Assembly: GCA_964016885.1 (NCBI GenBank)
Contig: OZ024742.1
Span: 167,152,001 to 167,216,000, forward strand
DNA from: Eledone cirrhosa
Taxonomy: Eukaryota
Length of the DNA stretch: 64,000 bases
Direction: 5' to 3'
Shown: positions 10,501 through 22,132 of the stretch, piece by piece
How positions within the stretch are numbered: position 1 is the first letter of the stretch
Layout of the letters: each line of letters begins with the position of its first letter
Program-made: the position numbers and the translations under genes
Notes under the pieces: model-generated
What the model was told of the DNA's origin: nothing
Databases searched by the model: none
Seen by the model: only the letters and a program-made list of their open reading frames with translations

Positions 10501-13169
10501 AGGGGGAGATAAATTGTAAAAAAAAATCAGGGGAAGATAATTTGTAAAAAAAATCAGGGGGAGATAATTTCCAGCCGTCCAAGGTAAGATAATTTCCAGC
10601 CCTCCAAGGGGCTATAATTTCCAGCATCCAAGGGGAGATAATTTCCAGCCGTCCAAGGGTAGATAATATCCAGCCGTCCAAGTAGACATATTTTCCAGCC
10701 GTCCAAGGAGAGGTAATTTCTAGCCGTCCAAGGGGAGATAAATTCCAGCCTCCAAGGGGAGATAATTTCCAGCCAGCCAAGGGGAGATAATTTGTAAAAA
10801 AATCAGGGGGAGATAATTTGTAAAAAAAATCAGGGGGAGATAATTTGTAAAAAAAAATCAGGGGGAGATAATTTGTAAAAAAAAATCAGGGGGAGATAAT
10901 TTCCAGCCGTCCAAGGGGAGATAATTTTCAGCCGTCCAAGGGTAGATAATATCCAGCCGTCCAAGTAGACATTTTCCAGCCGTCCAAGGAGAGGTAATTT
11001 CTAGCCGTCCAAGGGGAGATAAATTCCAGCCTCCAAGGGGAGATAATTTCCAGCCAGCCAAGGGGAGATAATTTGTAAAAAAATCAGGGGGAGATAATTT
11101 GTAAAAAAAATCAGGGGGAGATAATTTGTAAAAAAAAATCAGGGGGAGATAATTTGTAAAAAAAAATCAGGGGGAGATAATTTGTAAAAAAAAATCAAGG
11201 GGAGATAATTTCCAGCCGTCCAAGGGGAGATAATTTTCAGCCGTCCAAGGGGAGATAATTTCCAGCCGTCCAAGGGGAGATAATTTCCATCCTTCCAAGG
11301 GGAGATAATTTCCAGCCTTCCAAGGGGAGATAATTTTCAGCCGTCCAAGGGGAGATAATTTCCCGCCAGCCAAGGGAAGATAATATTTTAAAAAATCAGG
11401 CGGAGATAATTTGTAAAAAAAATCAGGGGGAGATAATTTGTAAAAAAATCAGGGGGAGATAATTTGTAAAAAAAAAATCAGGGGGAGATAATTTGTAAAA
11501 AAAATCAGGGGGAGATAATTTGTAAAAAAAAATCAGGGGTAGATAATTTGTAAAAAAAAATCAGGGGGAGATAATTTGTAAAAAAAAAATCAGGGGGAGA
11601 TAATTTGTAAAAAAAATCAAGGGGAGATAATTTCCAGCCGTCCAAGGAGAGATAATTTTTAAAAAAAATCAGGCGGAGATAATTTGTAAAAAAAAATCAG
11701 GGGGAGATAATTTCCAGCCGTCGAAGGGAAGATAATTTCCAGCCCTCCAAGGGGCTATAATTTCCAGCGTCCAAGGGGAGATAATTTCCAGCCAGCGAAG
11801 GGGAGATAATTTTTTTAAAAAAATCATTGGGAGATTTGTAAAAAAAATAAGGGGGAGATAATTTGTAAAAAAAATCAAGGGGAGATAATTTCCAGCCGTC
11901 CAAGGGGAGGTAATATCTAGCCGTCCAAGGGGAGATAATTTCCAGCCGTCCAAGGGGAGATAATTTCCAGCCGTCCAAGGGTAGATAATATCCAGCCGTC
12001 CAAGTAGACATTTTCCAGCCGTCCAAGGAGAGGTAATTTCTAGCCGTCCAAGGGGAGATAAATTCCAGCCTCCAAGGGGAGATAATTTCCAGCCAGCCAA
12101 GGGGAGATAATTTGTAAAAAAATCAGGGGGAGATAATTTGTAAAAAAAATCAGGGGGAGATAATTTGTAAAAAAAAATCAGGGGGAGATAATTTGTAAAA
12201 AAAAATCAGGGGGAGATAATTTGTAAAAAAAAATCAGGGGGAGATAATTTGTAAAAAAAATCAAGGGGAGATAATTTCCAGCCGTCCAAGGGGAGATAAT
12301 TTTCAGCCGTCCAAGGGGAGATAATTTCCAGCCGTCCAAGGGGAGATAATTTCCATCCTTCCAAGGGGAGATAATTTGTAAAAAAAAATCAGGGGGAGAT
12401 AATTTGTAAAAAAAAATCAAGGGGAGATAATTTCCAGCCGTCCAAGGGGAGATAATTTTCAGCCGTCCAAGGGGAGATAATTTCCCGCCAGCCAAGGGAA
12501 GATAATATTTAAAAAAATCAGGCGGAGATAATTTGTAAAAAAAATCAGGGGGAGATAATTTGTAAAAAAATCAGGGGGAGATAATTTGTAAAAAAAAAAT
12601 CAGGGGGAGATAATTTGTAAAAAAAATCAGGAGGAGATAATTTGTAAAAAAAAATCAGGGGTAGATAATTTGTAAAAAAAAATCAGGGGGAGATAATTTG
12701 TAAAAAAAAATCAGGGGGAGATAATTTGTAAAAAAAATCAAGGGGAGATAATTTCCAGCCGTCCAAGGAGAGATAATTTAAAAAAAAAATCAGGCGGAGA
12801 TAATTTGTAAAAAAAAATCAAGGGGAGATAATTTGTAAAAAAAAATCAGGGGGAGATAATTTGTAAAAAAAATCAAGGGGAGATAATTTCCAGCCGTCCA
12901 AGGGAAGATAATTTCCAGCACTCCAAGGGGCTATAATTTCCAGTGTCCAAGGGGAGATAATTTCCAGCCAGCGAAGGGGAGATAATTTTTTTAAAAAAAT
13001 CAGGGGGAGATATGTAAAAAAAATCAGAGGGAGATAATTTCTAAAAAAAATCAAAGGGAGATAATTTCCAGCCGTCCAAAGAGAGATAATTTCTAGCCGT
13101 CCAAGGGGAGATAATTTCCAGCCAAGGGGAGATAATTTCCAGCCGTCCAAAGGGGAGATAATTTTTTAA

Positions 13170-16100
13170 AAAATCAGGTGGAGATAATTTGTAAAAAAAA
13201 TCAGGGGGAGATAATTTGTAAAAACAAAATCAAGGGCAGATAATTTCCAGCTGTCCAAGGGGAGATAATTTCCAGCCGTGCAAGGGGAGATAATTTCCAG
13301 CCGTCCAAGGGGAGATAATTTCCATCCTTCCAAGGGGAGATAATCTCCAGCCGTCCAAGGGGAGATAATTTCCAGCCAGCCAAGGGAAGATAATTTTTAA
13401 AAAAATCAGGCGGAGATTGTAAAAAAAATCAGGGGGAGATAATTTGTAAAAAAATCAGGGCGAGATAATTTGTAAAAAAAAAATCAGGGGAGATAATTTG
13501 TAAAAAAAAATCAGGGGGAGATAATTTGTAAAAAAAAAATCAGGGGGAGATAATTTGTAAAAAATAATCAGGGGTAGATAATTTGTAAAAAAAAATCAGG
13601 GGGAGATAATTTGTAAAAAAAAATCAGGGGGAGATAATTTGTAAAAAAATCAACGGGAGATAATATGCAGCCGTCCAAGGGGAGATAATTTTCAGCCGTC
13701 CAAGGAGAGGTAATTTCTAGCCGTCCAAGGGGAGATAATTTCCAGCCGTCCAAGGGGAGATAATTTCAAGCCGTCCAAGGGGAGATAGTTTTTTTAAAAA
13801 AATCAGGCGGAGATAATTTGTAAAAAAAAAATCAGGGGGAGATAATTTGTAAAAAAAAATCAGGGGGAGATAATTTGTAAAAAAAATCAGGGGGAGATAA
13901 TTTGTAAAAAAAATCAAGGGGAGATAATTTCCAGCCGTCCAAGGGAAGATAATTTCAAGCTCTCCAAGGGGCTATAATTTCCAGTGTCCAAGGGGAGATA
14001 ATTTCCAGCCAGCGAAGGGGAGATATTTTTTTTTTAAAAATCAGGGGGAGATTTGTAAAAAAAATCAGGGGGAGATAATTTGCAAAAAAAATCAAAGGGA
14101 GATAATTTCCAGCCGTCCAAAGAGAGATAATTTCTAGCCGTCCAAGGGGAGATAATTTCGAGCCAAGGGGAGATAATTTCCAGCCGTCCAAGGGGAGATA
14201 ATTTTTTAAAAAATCAGGTGGAGATAATTTGTAAAAAAAATCAGGGGGAGATAATTTGTAAAAACAAAATCAAGGGCAGATAATTTCCAGCTGTCCAAGG
14301 GGAGATAATTTCCAGCCGTGCAAGGGGAGATAATTTCCAGCCGTCCAAAGGGAGATAATTTCCATCCTTCCAAGGGGAGATAATTTCCAGCCGTCCAAGG
14401 GGAGATAATTTCCCGCCAGCCAAGAGAAGATAATTTTTTAAAAAATCAGGCGGAGATTGTAAAAAAAATCAGCGGGAGATAATTTGTAAAAAAATCAGGG
14501 GGAGATAATTTGTAAAAAAATCAAGGGGAGATAATTTCCAGCTCTCCAAGGGGAGGTAATATCTAGCCGTCCAAGGGGAGATAATTTCCAGCCGTCCAAG
14601 GGGAGATAATTTCCAGCCGTCCAAGGGTAGATAATATCCAGCCGTCCAAGGAGACATATTTTCCAGCCGTCCAAGGAGAGGTAATTTCTAGCCGTCCAAG
14701 TGGAGATAAATTCCAGCCTCCAAGGGGAGATAATTTCCAGCCAGCCAAGGGGAGATAATTTGTAAAAAAATCAGGGGGAGATAATTTGTAAAAAAAATCA
14801 GGGGGAGATAATTTGTACAAAAAATCAGGGGTAGATAATTTGTAAAAAAAATCAGGGGGAGATAATTTGTAAAAAAAATCAAGGGGAGATAATTTGCAGC
14901 CGTCCAAGGGGAGATAATTTTCAGCCGTCCAAGGAGAGGTAATTTCTAGCCGTCCAAGGTGAGATAATATCCAGCCGTCCAAGGGGAGATAATTTCCAGC
15001 CGTCCAAGGGGAGATAATTTTTAAAAAAAAACAGGCGGAGATAATTTGTAAAAAAAAAATCAGGGTGAGATAATTTGTAAAAAAAAATCAGGGGGAGATA
15101 ATTTGTAAAAAAAAATCAGGGGGAGGTAATTTATAAAAAAAATCAAGGGGAGATAATTTCCAGCCGTCCAAGGGAAGATAATTTCCAGCCCTCCAAGGGG
15201 CTATAATTTCCAGCGTCCAAGGGGAGATAATTTCCAGCCAGCGAAGGGGAGATAATTTTTTTTTTTTTAAATCAGGGGGACATAATTTGTAAAAAAAATA
15301 AGGGGGAGATAATCTGTAAAAAAAATCAAGGGGAGATAATTTGTAAAAAAATCAGGGGGAGATAATTTGTAAAAAAAAATCAGGGGGAGATAATTTGTAA
15401 AAAAAATCAAGGGGAGATAATTTGTAAAAAAAATCAAGGGGAGATAATTTCCAGCCGTCCAAGGGGAGATAATTTTCAGCCGTCCAAGGGGAGATAATTT
15501 CCCGCCAGCCAAGGGAAGATAATATTTAAAAAAATCAGGCGGAGATAATTTGTAAAAAAAATCAGGGGGAGATAATTTGTAAAAAAATCAGGGGGAGATA
15601 ATTTGTAAAAAAAAAATCAGGGGGAGATTTGTAAAAAAAATCAGGGGGAGATAATTTGTAAAAAAAAATCAGGGGTAGATAATTTGTAAAAAAAAATCAG
15701 GGGGAGATAATTTGTAAAAAAAAATCAGGGGGAGATAATTTGTAAAAAAAATCAATTGGAGATAATTTCCAGCCGTCCAAGGGGAGATAATTTTCAGCCG
15801 TCCAAGGAGAGGTAATTTCTAGACGTCCAAGGGGAGATAATTTCCAGCCGTCCAATGGGAGATAATTTCCAGCCGTCCAAGGGGAGATAATTTTTAAAAA
15901 AAAATCAGGCGGAGATAATTTGTAAAAAAAATCTAGGGGAGATAATTTGCAGCCGTCCAAGGGGAGATAATTTTCAGTCGTCCAAGGAGAGGTAATTTCT
16001 AGCCGTCCAAGGGGAGATAATTTCCAGCCGTCAAAGGGGAGATAATTTCCAGCCGTCCAAGGGGAGATAATTTTTTTAAAAAAATCAGGCGGAGATAATT

Positions 16101-16860
16101 TGTAAAAAAAATCAGGGGGAGATAATTTGTAAAAAAAAATCAGGGGGAGATAATTTGTAAAAAAAAATCAGGGGGAGATAATTTGTAAAAAAAATCAAGG
16201 AGAGATAATTTCCAGCCGTCCAAGGGAAGATAATTTCAAGCCCTCCAAGGGGCTATAATTTCCAGTGTCCAAGGGGAGATAATTTCCAGCCAGCGAAGGG
16301 GAGATAATTTTTTTTTTAAAATCAGGGGGAGATTTGTAAAAAAAATCAAGGGGAGATAATTTGTAAAAAAATCAGGGGGAGATAATTTGTAAAAAAAAAA
16401 TCAGGGGGAGATAATTTGTAAAAAAAATCAGGGGGAGATAATTTGTAAAAAAAAATCAGGGGTAGATAATTTGTAAAAAAAAATCAGGGGGAGATAATTT
16501 GTAAAAAAAAAATCAGGGGGAGATAATTTGTAAAAAAAATCAAGGGGAGATAATTTCCAGCCGTCCAAGGAGAGATAATTTTTAAAAAAAATCAGGCGGA
16601 GATAATTTGTAAAAAAAAATCAAGGGGAGATAATTTGTAAAAAAAAATCAGGGGGAGATAATTTGTAAAAAAAATCAAGGGGAGATAATTTCCAGCCGTC
16701 CAAGGGAAGATAATTTCAAGCCCTCCAAGGGGCTATAATTTCCAGTGTCCAAGGGGAGATAATTTCCAGCCAGCGAAGGGGAGATAATTTTTTTAAAAAA
16801 ATCAGGGGGAGATATGTAAAAAAAATCAGAGGGAGATAATTTCTAAAAAAAATCAAAGGG
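13170..16860 (+). repeat. ~3.5 kb block present three times (also ~33.07-36.7 kb and ~47.07-50.7 kb)
   Basis: ORF offsets 13201/33082, 13955/33836, 14563/34444 and 15267/35148 are all 19881. Private variants TCAACGGGAG, CAAGCTCTCC, TTTGCAAAA, CAGCGGGAG, TCTAGGGGA and CCAATGGGAG are shared by the three copies. Confidence 0.92.
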
Positions 16861-17489
16861 AGATAATTTCCAGCCAAGGGGAGATAATTTCCAGCCGTCC
16901 AAGGGGAGATAATTATTTAAAAAATCAGGGGGAGATAATTTGTAAAAACAAAATCAAGGGCAGATAATTTCCAGCTGTCCAAGGGGAGATAATTTCCAGC
17001 CGTGCAAGGGGAGATAATTTCCAGCCGTCCAAGGGGAGATAATTTCCATCCTTCCAAGGGGAGATAATTTCCAGCCGTCCAAGGGGAGATAATTTCCCGC
17101 CAGCCAAGGGAAGATAATTTTTTAAAAAATCAGGCGGAGATTGTAAAAAAAATCAGGGGGAGATAATTTGTAAAAAAATCAGGGGGAGATAATTTGTAAA
17201 AAAAAAATCAGGGGAGATAATTTGTAAAAAAAAATCAGGGGGAGATAATTTGTAAAAAAAAAATCAGGGGGAGATAATTTGTAAAAAAAATCAGGGGTAG
17301 ATAATTTGTAAAAAAAAATCAGGGGGAGATAATTTGTAAAAAAAAATCAGTGGGAGATAATTTGTAAAAAAATCAAGGGGAGATAATATGCAGCCGTCCA
17401 AGGGGAGATAATTTTCAGCCGTCCAAGGAGAGTTAATTTCTAGCCGTCCAAGGGGAGATAATTTCCAGCCGTCCAAGGGGAGATAATTT

Positions 17490-20400
17490 CCAGCCGTCCA
17501 AGGGGAGATAGTTTTTTTAAAAAAATCAGGCGGAGATAATTTGTAAAAAAAAAATCAGGGGGAGATAATTTGTAAAAAAAATCAGGGGGAGATAATTTGT
17601 AAAAAAAAATCAAGGGGAGATAATTTGTTAAAAAAATCAGGGGGAGATAATTAGTAAAAAAATCAAGGGGAGATAATTTCCAGCCGTCCAAGGGGAGGTA
17701 ATATCTAGCCGTCCAAGGGGAGATAATTTCCAGCCGTCCAAGGGTAGATAATATCCAGCCGTCCAAGTAGACATATTTTCCAGCCGTCCAAGGAGAGGTA
17801 ATTTCTAGCCGTCCAAGGGGAGATAAATTCTAGCCTCCAAGGGGAGATAATTTCCAGCAAGCCAAGGGGAGATAATTTGTAAAAAAATCAGGGGGAGATA
17901 ATTTGTAAAAAAAATCAGGGGGAGATAATTTGTAAAAAAAAATCAGGGGGAGATAATTTGTAAAAAAAATCAGGGGGAGATAATTTGTAAAAAAAAATCA
18001 GGGGGAGATAATTTGTAAAAAAAAATCAGGGGGAGATAATTTGTAAAAAAAAATCAGGGGGAGATAATTTGTAAAAAAAATCAAGGGGAGATAATTTCCA
18101 GCCGTCCAAGGGGAGATAATTTCCAGCCGTCCAAGGGGAGGTAATATCTAGCCGTCCAAGGGGAGATAATTTCTAGCCGTCCAAGAGGAGATAATTTCCA
18201 GCCGTCCAAGGGAAGATAATTTCAAGCCCTCCAAGGGGCGATAATTTCCAGTGTCCAAGGGGAGATAATTTCCAGCCAGCGAAGGGGAGATAATTTTTTT
18301 TTAAAAATCAGGGGGAGATTTGTAAAAAAAATCAGGGGGAGATAATTTGTAAAAAAAATCAAGGGGAGATAATTTCCAGCCGTCGAAGGGAAGATAATTT
18401 CCAGCCCTCCAAGGGGCTATAATTTCCAGCGTCCAAGAGGAGATAATTTCCAGCCAGCGAAGGGGAGATAATTTTTTTAAAAAAATCATTGGGAGATTTG
18501 TAAAAAAAATCAGGGAGAGATAATTTGTAAAAAAAATCAAGGGGAGATAATTTCCAGCCGTCCAAGGGGAGGTAATATCTAGCCGTCCAAGGGGAGATAA
18601 TTTCCAGCCGTCCAAGGGGAGATAATTTCCAGCCGTCCAAGGGTAGATAATATCCAGCCGTCCAAGTAGACATTTTCCAGCCGTCCAAGGAGAGGTAATT
18701 TCTAGCCGTCCAAGGGGAGATAAATTCCAGCCTCCAAGGGGAGATAATTTCCAGCCAGCCAAGGGGAGATAATTTGTAAAAAAAATCATGGGGAGATAAT
18801 TTGTAAAAAAAAATCAGGGGGAGATAATTTGTAAAAAAAAATCAGGGGGAGATAATTTGTAAAAAAAAATCAGGGGGAGATAATTTGTAAAAAAATCAAG
18901 GGGAGATAATTTCCAGCCGTCCAAGGGGAGATAATTTTCAGCCGTCCAAGGGGAGATAATTTCCAGCCGTCCAAGGGGAGATAATTTCCATCCCTCCAAG
19001 GGGAGATAATTTCCAGCCGTCCAAGGGGAGATAATTTCCCGCCAACCAAGGGAAGATAATTTTTAAAAAAATCAGGCGGAGATTGTAAAAAAAATCAGGG
19101 GGAGATAATTTGTAAAAAAAAAATCAGGGGGAGATAATTTGTAAAAAAAATCAGGGGGAGATAATTTGTAAAAAAAAATCAAGGGGAGATAATTTGTACA
19201 AAAAATCAGGGGTATATAATTTGTAAAAAAAAATCAGGGGGAGGTAATTTGTAAAAAAAATCAGGGGGAGATAATTTGTAAAAAAAATCAAGGGGAGATA
19301 ATTTGCAGCCGTCCAAGGGGAGATAATTTTCAGCCGTCCAAGGAGAGGTAATTTCTAGCCGTCCAAGGTGAGATAATATCCAGCCGTCCAAGGGGAGATA
19401 ATTTCCAGCCGTCCAAGGGGAGATAGTTTTTTTAAAAAAATCAGGCGGAGATAATTTGTAAAAAAAAAATCAGGGGGAGATAATTTGTAAAAAAAAATCA
19501 GGGGGAGATAATTTGTAAAAAAAAATCAAGGGGAGATAATTTGTTAAAAAAATCAGGGGGAGATAATTAGTAAAAAAATCAAGGTGAGATAATTTCCAGC
19601 CGTCCAAGGGGAGGTAATATCTAGCCGTCCAAGGGGAGATAATTTCCAGCCGTCCAAGGGGAGATAATTTCCAGCCGTCCAAGGGTAGATAATATCCAGC
19701 CGTCCAAGTAGACATATTTTCCAGCCGTCCAAGGAGAGGTAATTTCTAGCCGTCCAAGGGGAGATAAATTCTAGCCTCCAAGGGGAGAATATTTCCAGCA
19801 AGCCAAGGGGAGATAATTTGTAAAAAAATCAGGGGGAGATAATTTGTAAAAAAAATCAGGGGGAGATAATTTGTAAAAAAAAATCAGGGGGAGATAATTT
19901 GTAAAAAAAATCAGGGGGAGATAATTTGTAAAAAAAAATCAGGGGGAGATAATTTGTAAAAAAAAATCAGGGGGAGATAATTTGTAAAAAAAAATCAGGG
20001 GGAGATAATTTGTAAAAAAAATCAAGGGGAGATAATTTCCAGCCGTCCAAGGGGAGATAATTTCCAGCCGTCCAAGGGGAGGTAATATTTAGCCGTCCAA
20101 GGGGCTATAATTTCCAGTGTCCAAGGGGAGATAATTTCCAGCCAGCGAAGGGGAGATAATTTTTTTTTAAAAATCAGGGGGAGATTTGTAAAAAAAATCA
20201 GGGGGAGATAATTTGTAAAAAAAATCAAGGGGAGATAATTTCCAGCCGTCGAAGGGAAGATAATTTCCAGCCCTCCAAGGGGCTATAATTTCCAGCGTCC
20301 AAGGGGAGATAATTTCCAGCCAGCGAAGGGGAGATAATTTTTTTAAAAAAATCATTGGGAGATTTGTAAAAAAAATCAGGGAGAGATAATTTGTAAAAAA

Positions 20401-21290
20401 AATCAAGGGGAGATAATTTCCAGCCGTCCAAGGGGAGGTAATATCTAGCCGTCCAAGGGGAGATAATTTCCAGCCGTCCAAGGGGAGATAATTTCCAGCC
20501 GTCCAAGGGTAGATAATATCCAGCCGTCCAAGTAGACATTTTCCAGCCGTCCAAGGAGAGGTAATTTCTAGCCGTCCAAGGGGAGATAAATTCCAGCCTC
20601 CAAGGGGAGATAATTTCCAGCCAGCCAAGGGGAGATAATTTGTAAAAAAAATCATGGGCAGATAATTTGTAAAAAAAAATCAGGGGGAGATAATTTGTAA
20701 AAAAAAATCAGGGGGAGATAATTTGTAAAAAAAAATCAGGGGGAGATAATTTGTAAAAAAATCAAGGGGAGATAATTTCCAGCCGTCCAAGGGGAGATAA
20801 TTTTCAGCCGTCCAAGGGGAGATAATTTCCAGCCGTCCAAGGGGAGATAATTTCCATCCTTCCAAGGGGAGATAATTTCCAGCCGTCCAAGGGGAGATAA
20901 TTTCCCGCCAACCAAGGGAAGATAATTTTTAAAAAAATCAGGCGGAGATTGTAAAAAAAATCAGGGGGAGATAATTTGTAAAAAAAAAATCAGGGGGAGA
21001 TAATTTGTAAAAAAAATCAGGGGGAGATAATTTGTAAAAAAAAATCAAGGGGAGATAATTTGTACAAAAAATCAGGGGTATATAATTTGTAAAAAAAAAT
21101 CAGGGGGAGGTAATTTGTAAAAAAAATCAGGGGGAGATAATTTGTAAAAAAAATCAAGGGGAGATAATTTGCAGCCGTCCAAGGGGAGATAATTTTCAGC
21201 CGTCCAAGGAGAGGTAATTTCTAGCCGTCCAAGGTGAGATAATATCCAGCCGTCCAAGGGGAGATAATTTCCAGCCGTCCAAGGGGAGAT
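17490..21290 (+). repeat. Higher-order tandem duplication, period ~1.87-1.92 kb
   Basis: ORF pairs 18301/20167, 18359/20225, 18814/20680 and 19206/21072 all have offset 1866. Shared private variants: TTTGTTAAAA (~17625/19541), CCAGCAAGCC (~17854/19795), ATCATGGG (~18785/20651). Confidence 0.9.
17863..18081 (+). repeat. Example run of type A monomers, CAGGGGGAGATAATTTGT(A)7-10T, 26-29 bp
   Basis: About eight consecutive units that differ essentially only in A-tract length. Similar runs of 1-9 units occur throughout the window. Confidence 0.97.
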
Positions 21291-22132
21291 AATTTTAAAA
21301 AAAAAACAGGCGAAGATAATTTGTAAAAAAAAAATCAGGGGGAGATAATTTGTAAAAAAAAATCAGGGGGAGATAATTTGTAAAAAAAAATCAGGGGGAG
21401 GTAATTTGTAAAAAAAATCAAGGGGAGATAATTTCCAGCCGTCCAAGGGAAGATAATTTCCAGCCCTCCAAGGGGCTATAATTTCCAGCGTCCAAGGGGA
21501 GATAATTTCCAGCCAGCGAAGGGGAGATAATTTTTTTTTTTTTAAATTAGGGGGACATAATTTGTAAAAAAAATCAGGGGGAGATAATTTGTAAAAAAAA
21601 TCAAGGGGAGATAATTTTTAAAAAAAAATCAGGGGGAGATAATTTGTAAAAAAAAATCAGGGGGAGATAATTTGTAAAAAAAATCAAGGGGAGATAATTT
21701 GTAAAAAAAAATCAAGGGGAGATAATTTCCAGCCGTCCAAGGGGAGATAATTTTCAGCCGTCCAAGGGGAGATAATTTCCCGCCAGCCAAGGAAAGATAA
21801 TATTTAAAAAAATCAGGCGGAGATAATTTGTAAAAAAAATCAGGGGGAGATAATTTGTAAAAAAATCAGGGGGAGATAATTTGTAAAAAAAAAATCAGGG
21901 GGAGATAATTTGTAAAAAAAATCAGGGGGAGATAATTTGTAAAAAAAAATCAGGGGGAGATAATTTGTAAAAAAAAATCAGGGGGAGATAATTTGTAAAA
22001 AAAATCAATTGGAGATAATTTCCAGCCGTCCAAGGGGAGATAATTTTCAGCCGTCCAAGGAGAGGTAATTTCTAGACGTCCAAGGGGAGATAATTTCCAG
22101 CCGTCCAAGGGGAGATAATTTCCAGCCGTCCA

